From assembly GCA_000388065.2 (NCBI GenBank), contig KB932211.1: a stretch of 19,898 bases of DNA. The stretch is one strand, 5' to 3'. Made by a program: the position numbers and the translations under genes. The stretch is from Fonticula alba ATCC 38817 (Eukaryota; Protista; Nucleariida). The notes below the pieces were generated by a model. The model saw only the letters and a list, made by a program, of their open reading frames with translations. It had not been told where the DNA came from and ran no database searches. Of this stretch, positions 1 to 7,900 are shown piece after piece (the stretch's first letter is position 1; the number at the start of each line of letters is the position of its first letter).

Positions 1-89
1 TGTGTGCGTGTGTGTGCGTGTGCGTGTGTGCGTGTGTGCGTGTGCGTGTGTGCGTGTGTGCGTGTGCGTGTGTGCGTGTGTGCGTGTGC
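1..89. repeat. Interrupted (TG)n microsatellite built from TGTGTGCG/TGTGCG units, inside an intron
   Basis: Bases 1-89 are an unbroken pyrimidine/purine alternation of TG and CG steps; the 5' end is cut by the window edge. Confidence 0.97.
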
Positions 90-171
90 CCGCATCCACG
101 CATGCCCCGGGGGGGCAAGGTCCCTGGTTGGGCGGACTTCTGACGCCCGCTCCTTTGCCGCGGGGCACCAG
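1..171 (+). other. 3' part of a spliceosomal intron of kinase gene 1
   Basis: Branch-point CTGAC at 140-144 and acceptor CAG at 169-171 (27 nt apart, like the other introns here). The downstream frame begins VLLSF, the residues expected right after the APE motif (gene 2: GPE-VLAAF). Confidence 0.7.
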
Positions 172-593
172 GTGCTGCTGTCCTTCCAGAGCCGCACCGC
201 CATGGCCGGGGATTTGTTCCTGCCTTCGGACATGTTCAGCGCCGGGAACATGCTGTGGGCATGCTTGACCCGGAGTTCCCCGTGGAAGGGTGCGTTGCCT
301 GGGGGCCCTTGTCTTGCGAGGCTTTTTTTTGTGCACCGCCCGGCCCGACTCGCCTAACACCCCCCCCCCCCCCCCGATCACCAGGTCGCACCCTGGCGGA
401 CATTGTACTTCTCGTCCTGGATGGCCAGCGGCCGTCCCTGCGGAAGATCCCCGAGCCGATGGCCGCCGCCGCGGGGGCCCCGCTGTTGGACTTCCTCCAG
501 GCGGCCTGGAGCCCCGAGCCCCAGGACCGGCCCTCGGCCGCGGCCCTGCGCCAGGCGTGCGCCGCGGCGGCGGCCCCCGACCAGCCCGAGTGA
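172..593 (+). CDS. Gene 1 (5'-truncated): last two exons (172-289, 385-593) of a TKL-type protein kinase C-lobe, subdomains IX-XI
   Basis: Spliced translation VLLSFQSRTAMAGDLFLPSDMFSAGNMLWACLTRSSPWK-G-RTLADIVLLVLDGQRP...FLQAAWSPEPQDRPSAAALRQ*. It matches the kinase SDxxSxGxxLW...PW...RP...W...RP pattern and aligns with the gene 2 tail. TGA at 591-593. Confidence 0.85.
290..384 (+). other. Phase-1 intron (95 nt) in gene 1 at the PWxG position
   Basis: Donor GTGCGT at 290, branch CTAAC at 354-358, C16 tract at 360-375, acceptor CAG at 382-384. Splicing restores the frame, and gene 2 has an intron at the same position and phase. Confidence 0.9.
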
Positions 594-654
594 CGGACAC
601 ACGGCAAGCGGGGTGCGGGGGGGGGGGGAGCCCCCTTCCCGGCCTGTGTGAAGC

Positions 655-663
655 AATATAAAA
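655..663 (+). promoter_or_regulatory. AT-rich AATATAAAA element, possible polyadenylation signal of gene 1
   Basis: Rare AT-rich island about 60 nt after the gene 1 stop in otherwise very GC-rich DNA. Function is inferred from position only. Confidence 0.25.
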
Positions 664-1909
664 TGCGCCCATTTGCTGCGCGAACGTGCGGGCGCCACCA
701 GGACAGCCTCCGGTCCGTTGGGACCCGGATCGCGGCTACGGCAATGGGCCGGCGGGGAAAAACATCCGCGCGGCCTGTGTGTGTGTTGGTATGTTCCGAA
801 ATATGGTGCCACATGTGTCAAATTGCACGCCGGCCGGCCGCAGCGCGGGGCCCCCTGCGGCGCCCCCTCGGCGGGGGCCCTGGCCAGGCGCGTGTGCTGA
901 TGTGTTCGCCCCGGGGCGGGTGTTGCGCCTCCTGCCTGTTTTCATTGTCCGGTCATGTCGCGCATTTCCCGGCCGTGTTTCAAATGATCCATCGGCCAGC
1001 GCCTGGCTATTGTGTTGTTGTTTTTTTTTGGGCCTCACCGCGCGTGGCCGGCCGGGATTACGCCATCGCTCGCGCGGGCGCGACCGCGGCCGGAACAAAT
1101 CCCCGGCACATCCGCGGGGGCGCGAGCCTGGGGCGCGTTTGTGCCACCGCCGCCGGAGCGTCGTCCTCGAAGGCGCCGCCGACGGGGGACAATCTGGGGA
1201 GCCTGGGGGGGGGGGGCACGATGCTTGGGCGGGGCGTCGGTTTGTTATTCTTTTCGCCCCGCCAGGGGCCCGTCCCCGGGGGACTCGGCCACCCCCCCTC
1301 GGAGCCAAAAGTCCTCAGGAGCGGGCCGGCGCCCAGCCCGCCGCGGCCGTTTGTCTGCTTGCTGGTGGAGGGCCTGTTTGCGAGCGCATACACACGCGCG
1401 CCCGGTGTCCCGGCCACCGGGAGGCAAGCGCCCACTCAGATGACACACGGAGGCCAATATGGCCAGGAATGCGGGCCCATCAAGCGTGGCGCCCCGGAGG
1501 CCTCGCCCCGCGGCAGAGCGGATGATTGGCATCTTCCCCAGACACTGCCTCCGGCCCGTGGTGTGCATCCTCCCGTCGTTCCCTCCTCCCGCGCGTGTGG
1601 GCCCGCTCGCGGCCTCTTCCCTCCCCGGGCGGGGTGCGCCGCCACGCGCCTGTCGGGCGCCAGCGCCTCCCGACCGGGCGGGCAAAAGGGCCCCTGCTGA
1701 GGGCCCGGGTGGGCTGCGCGCAGTTCCGGCCAAACGCGCCCCTGTGCTCCCGCCGCTTGCCCGCCTGTAGGCCGTGCTCTGCGTGCTTTTGCTCCCCCCC
1801 CCCTCTCTCTCCCCGCCCCTGCCGCCTGCTCCGCCGGCTGTCCGCGGCCAGGTTGCCCGGCCGCGGGCCCGCCCCTTCCCCTCTTCCTCCCCCGCTCCCC
1901 TGCCCGCCC

Positions 1910-4900
1910 ATGGTGATGGCGAAGCTCGGCAGGCTGGGCGCCGCGCCGTGGCGGCCCTGGCTGCCGCTGTGCGTGGCCCTGGTGCTGTCGGTGCTCGGGG
2001 GCCTGGCGTGGCTGCCGAGCTGGACCCGGGCGGCCATCCTGGCCGACCCGGACGCCGACATGCCGGAGCTCCAGCCCCAGAGGTCGGCCTACGACGTGGG
2101 GTCCATGTACGCCTCGGCCTTCGGGCGCCTGGACCCGGCCGGCCGGCTGGTGAGCTACTCCCTGGAGGGCGGGCGCTACTTCTCGCACCGGGAGGCCACC
2201 CAGCAGGCCCTCCTGGCGGACATGCGGCTGGGGGCCTTCTTCTCGAGTGCCCTCTCCGAGGAGGTCACCTTTGCCGGGTTTTCGCCGGGGGCCGCCCCGG
2301 CGATGGTGGGAGTGGCCGGCCCCGGGGCCGCGCCGCTGTTCGCCTGGCAGGACGGCCAGGCGGTGGGCTTCTCCTCGGCCGAGCAGCGGTACCCGGCGCC
2401 GTACGGCTTCGAGTCGCCGCCGCGACTGCTGGCGGCCTTCGCCACCGGGGCCCAGGCCGGCCAGGTGCTGGTCGGGGCCGGCGGCCTGGCGGCCGTCCTG
2501 ACCCTCGAGGCCGGCAGCTGGGTGGCGAAGGCCGCGTGGCCGGTGGCGGGGACCTCCGGCGCGGCCGGCCTGGCCGGGCACTTCTTCCTGGCCACGCCGA
2601 CCGGGTGGGTGTGGCTGCGGCCGGACCGGTCGGAGCACGCGGTGGGCCTCGGCGCGCCGGTCCTGGACCTGGCGGCCACGCGCTACCTCACGGCCGACCC
2701 GCGGCGCTTTGACCTGGTCGTCGCCACGGCCACCGAGCTGCTGATCTACCTCGGCCTGGGGGATGACGGTGCCTGGCGGGATGTGGTCATCGATCGGCTG
2801 CCGGCCGCGCGGAACAGCCTGTCCCTGTCGCCGGTGCCGCGGGTGCCGCTCATCACGGCCCCCACCGGGTTCCTGCATGTCATCCAGGCCGGGAAGGTCC
2901 TGTGGCGCGCGAATCACCACCCGGCCCGGCCGCTGTGGCAGCGCATGCGCTCCTCCGGCGGCATGGACCTGTCCAAGATGCAGGCGCTGCCGGTCCTGAT
3001 GGATGGCGTGCCCGGGCACCGCCCCGAGCAGTGGGCCCTCGCGGCCTCCGGCCAGGTGTTCCTCCTGGAGGGGCAATTCGGCTGCCATGGGGATGACCCG
3101 TCGATCGTGTGCAAGCCGAGCCCCTCGCTGTGGGCCTGTGCCCCGGGGCGGGCCTTCTCGCCGCTGCTTTCCTCGAGGGAGCTGTGCGCCGGCTGCGCCG
3201 ACGGCTACCATCAAGTCCCCCTGTCGGGGCAGCGGTGTGCGCACTTGCCGGCTGGGCACCTCTTTTCTCCGGGCCTGCCGCATTCTTCTTGCGGGTTATG
3301 TTTAGGGGGGTTGTCTTCTTGGCGGTCTCCTCGGCTCGTCCCTGGTCGATGCTCCACCCGGCGTCCTGCCCACTGACTCACTCCTTGCGTCTTCCTCGCG
3401 GCTTCCTGGCGGTGTCTTCTTGTTTTCCTCGCGGCGTCCTGGTGGCTTCTACATGGCTTCTACATGGCTTCTACATGGCTTCTACATGGCTTCCTCACGG
3501 CTTCTACATGGCTTCTACATGGCTTCTACATGACTTCCTCACCGCTTCCTCGCGGCTTCCTCGCCCCCACCTCGCCCCCACCTCGCCCCCACCCCCCCCC
3601 CACCCCCCGCCCACCGCGGCTCCTCCCCGCCCTCGGACGAAAGACGAGTGTCGTCCCTGCCCCGGGGAACATTGCCGAGCCTGCTTGGCCGGGGTGTGCA
3701 CCGCCTGCAGCGCGGGGTTCCTGCTGCAGCCGGCCGCGGTGGCCGGCGCACCGTCGGCCACCTGCGTGGCCGAGTGCGCCCCGGGGTTCCAGCCCCAGGG
3801 CGAGGCCTGTGTGCCGCTGAGCGTCCCCTCGGTAGCGACGCACTTTGCACAGCTGCCGGCCACGTCCACCGGGCAGACCATCCTCTCGATGGCGCGGACC
3901 CGGGCCTTCCTGAAGGGCGACCGGCTGTATGTGTCGAATGCTTCGCTCTCGGCGCCGGAGCCCGTGAACGTGCTGGTATGGCTGAGTGACAATACCTTCG
4001 GCCTGCTGGACATGCCGGTGCTGATGAGCACCCTGCCGAATGCCGTGCTGTCGGTGAGGCCGATCGTCGGGCTCCTGCCTCCTGTGGCCCCGCAATTCCA
4101 GCACATGGCGGAGCTGGGCCCGGTCAGGCAGCCCGAGCACACGGCTCACCTGGCCCTGGTGGCCATTTCCACCATGGCGTGGGGCTACTCGCGAATGGGT
4201 TGCACACTGCCCGGGCCGGGCCCGACCGACGAGTGCATGCTCGCGTTCCAGCCGGGGGAGGTGCCCCTGCCGAGCTTCACCGCCTTCGGGCCGCTGCATG
4301 TGCTCTCGCCGACGGTCCTGGTCCTGGGCCGGCACTATGTCATGCTCGGGCCGCAGGGGGATGTCGAGGTTGCTGCCGACCCGCACCTCCGGGCCTGGGA
4401 CCGGCCAGCCATGGCGACCCATGTACACCCGGCCACCGGGCAGCCGGCCTCCTGGATCTACCGGTATGACACCCACTCCAGGAGCCTGGTGGCCCAGCCG
4501 TGGGATCTGGTCCGCCTGGGGGACAGTCGGCTGAGGCTGTCTCGGCCGAATATGGCCATCCCCGCCGGCTCGGCGTCCGGCCAGGTGGCCCGGGCCCCGG
4601 TGGGCGGGATCGCGCCGGCTCGCGCCGATGTCGCCGGCAGCAACCCCGGCCACGGCGGTGGCGCCCACCTCGTCATCGAACCGGGCAGCGCCTGGGCGAT
4701 GGTGTCCATGCCGCCGGGGGACACCCGGGCCCGGGTGTCGCCGGGGTCCGAGTATGTCCTGCTGATGGGCCTGCTGAGCCACGGCGACAAGTGGTACTGG
4801 GGCATGGTCGGCCATGCGGGGCTGGAGGCCCAGGGCCGCACCCGGTCCATGAGCGGGACATCGTACCTGCTGGCCGAGCTGCCGGGCCTGTCGGAGCAGG

Positions 4901-7900
4901 GCGGCCTGGCGGCCTTCCACTGGCTGGTCCTACATCTGGAAGGGGTCCCCGACCATACGTCGGCCCTGGTGCTGCTTCACCCGGACTTTGTGGGGATCAT
5001 GCTGCTGCACTGCCCGTCCGGGGAGTTCGCCTGCCGGCCCGGGGCGCGGGGCATTGCCCCGTACCCGGCCTCCCTCGGCCGGCTGGACTACAGCTCGCTC
5101 GGGGTGGTGTCCTTGCCGCGTGGCGGGGCCCTGCCCGCCGGCCGGGATGCATCGGCCGCCTTCCTGCTGGTGTCGCGCCAGGCCCCGGCCACGGGGTTCG
5201 TGGTGCAGGTGGCCCCGGCCGAGTGTCCGGCTCGGACGCATGGCCCGCAGTGCGCGCCCTGCCACCACTCCTGCGAGACGTGCACCGGGCCGCTTGCCGG
5301 GGACTGTGTGCTTCCCGTGTGCCCGGTGTCGGTGGCCTCGCATCCGGGCACCTGCCTGAGTGCCTGCCCGGCCGGGCTACAGATCGACCAGCGGGGGCAC
5401 TGCGCGTGCGACAGCTCGTGCGCGGCCTGCGCCAGCCCGGGCCCGGGGGAGGCCTTCGTGTGCACGGCCTGCCCCGGTGGCATGGCCGTGGAGGTGGCGG
5501 CCGAGGCCCCGGCCACCCGGTGCCTGCCCTGCCACGGGACCTGCCGGGAGTGCTCGGCGCCGGGCCGGGCGGCGGCCTGCACCGCGTGCCGCGACCCGGG
5601 GGCCCTCCTGCGGCCGGATGGCACCTGCGTGGTGGGGCCCTGCCCGGGTGGGACCTGGCCGGATGCCCGGTCGGGCGAGTGCGTCCGCTGCACGGGCGGC
5701 TGCGCGGAATGCGCCGGGCCCGAGCGGTGTACCTCCTGCCGGGCGGGCTTCCTCCATGAGGCCACCATGGGCGTGTGTCTGGCCTGCGCCCCGGAGTGCG
5801 GCTCATGCAGCGCCAGCACCACCGAGTGCGATGCCTGCGGGCCGGGCTACCGCCGGGCGGATGGGCCCCCGCCGGGGGGGACCCCCTCGGCCGGCCGGTG
5901 CGTGGCCTGTCCGGCCGGTTGCGCTCGGTGCGATGACGGGGGCCGGTGCTTGGCGTGCCGGCCGGGCCAGCTGCTGACCCCGTCAGGCACCTGTGTGTCG
6001 ATGTGCCTGGGGGGGCTGGCGCCGAACGCCGACATGACCGCCTGCGAGGCATGCCACCCGGCGTGCGACTGGTGCCAGGCGCCGGGGCTGGCGACCGCCT
6101 GCTTGTCCTGCTCGCCGGGGCTGCACTTGCAGCCCGCCCCCGGGGCCGCGGGGGGGCCGGGATCGTGCGTGGCCGCCTGCCAGGAGGGCTTCTGGTCGTC
6201 GGCCGGCGTGTGCGTCGTCTGTGGCGATGGGTGCCAGGCTTGCGCGGACCGGCAGTCGTGCGACCGGTGCCGCGCGCGGCACTTCCCCGCCGGCGATGGG
6301 ACATGCGGCCTGTGCGATGGGACATGTGCCTCGTGCAGCGAGCCGCTGGCGTGCGACACATGCGCCCCGGGGCGCCATTTCCCGAGCGCCGACCCGCTGG
6401 TCCGGAGCCTGTGCACGGAGGTGTGCCCGGCCGGGGAGTTTTTCGACGCCCAGGACCACCGGTGCCGGGGCTGCGCCGGGACCTGCGCCACGTGCCTCGG
6501 TGTGGCCGACTGCACGGCCTGCGTCTCGGGGCACGGGTGGGCGGCCGGCTCGTCGGTCAAGTGCGCCCTCTGCCCGGCCGGGTGCCGGGCCTGCCTCCGG
6601 GCGGCCGCGTGCGACGAATGCGAGGCCGGGCTCTTCGTGACGCCGGGGGGCGGCTGCGCGGCCGCCTGCCCGGGGGGGACCTTTGCCGATGTGGCGACCG
6701 GCCGGTGCGCCACATGCCAGGCCACCTGCGCCGAGTGCGCGGATGCCTCCTCCTGCACCGTGTGCCAGGGGGGCCTGGTCTTCCTGGAGGCCGGGCCCGG
6801 GGCGCTGTGCACCGGGGCCTGCCCGCCGGGGACCTTTGTCGGGGCCGACCGGTGCATGGCGTGCGACCGGTCGTGCAGCCTGTGCACCGGGCTGGCCGAC
6901 CGGTGCGAGGCCTGCGCGCCGGGCTTCCGCCGGGCCGATGATGCGCCCGGGGCCGGGGCCGGGGCCGGGGCCGGCGAGTGCGTGGCCTGCCCGGGCGGCT
7001 GCACCGGCTGCACCCGGGACATGTGCATCGGCTGCGAGGAGGGGCTCCTCCTGACGCATGGGGGCGCCTGTGTGGCGGCCTGCCCGGAGGGCACCTTCGG
7101 CGAGGCGACCTCGGCCACGTGCCAGCCATGCGCCCTGGAGTGTGGGGCATGTGTCGGCCCGGGCGCCGACCAGTGTACATCCTGCGCGCGGGGGATGGAC
7201 GCCTGGCCGGCGGCCGGCGACCAGCTCTTTGCCTGTGTGCCGTCCTGCCCGGCGGGGGAATATCGCCCGGGCGAGGAGCACACCTGCCTGCCCTGCCATG
7301 AGTCGTGCTCGGCCTGCAACGGCCCGACCGATGGCGACTGCTGGCGATGCCAGGAAGAGGGGCAGGTCCTGCAGGATGGCATGTGCCAGATTGAATGCGC
7401 GCCGGGGTTCACCTCGGTCCATGACCGGTGCGTGCCTTGCCATGCGTCGTGCGGCGCGTGCGCCGGGCCGCGGGTGGACCAGTGCACCGTCTGCCGGGGG
7501 GGGCTGCTGGCCCTGCCGGCCGGTGCGCCGACCGGCCGGTGCGTGAACTCCTGCCCGATGGGCAGCGGGCGCACGGCGGCCGGCTGTGCCGACTGCGCGG
7601 AGCATTGCAGCAGCTGCCCGGGCGGGGCGGGCGCCTGCGCGGTGTGTGCACGCGGGTGGCTCCTGGCCGGGGCCGGCTGCGTGGCCAGCTGCCCGGCGCG
7701 GAGCTTCGACTATGGCGGCAAGTGCGAGGCGTGCCACGGGGACTGTGCCACATGCGGCCGGCATGGGCCGACCGGCTGCACCGCCTGCCCGGGGCCGAGC
7801 CCCTGGCTGCAGGGGGGCCAATGCCTGGCCACCTGCCCGGGGGACACCTTCCCGGAGGGGGGCCAATGTCTGCCCTGTCATCCGGCCTGTGCGGCGTGCG

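Noticed and set aside
89-171. Gene 1 as a pseudokinase lacking APE (reading FAAGHQVLL)
   Set aside because: A branch point (140-144) and CAG acceptor (169-171) indicate this stretch is intronic; APE is probably in the upstream exon outside the window.
648-1700. 350-aa ORF between genes 1 and 2
   Set aside because: No family motifs or domain-like composition; it crosses homopolymer runs. Treated as 3'UTR/intergenic/promoter DNA.
3444-3564. CRISPR array or coding repeat (MASTWLLHGF)
   Set aside because: Adjacent 11-bp units with no spacers, no cas genes, eukaryotic context, and located inside a GT-AG intron.
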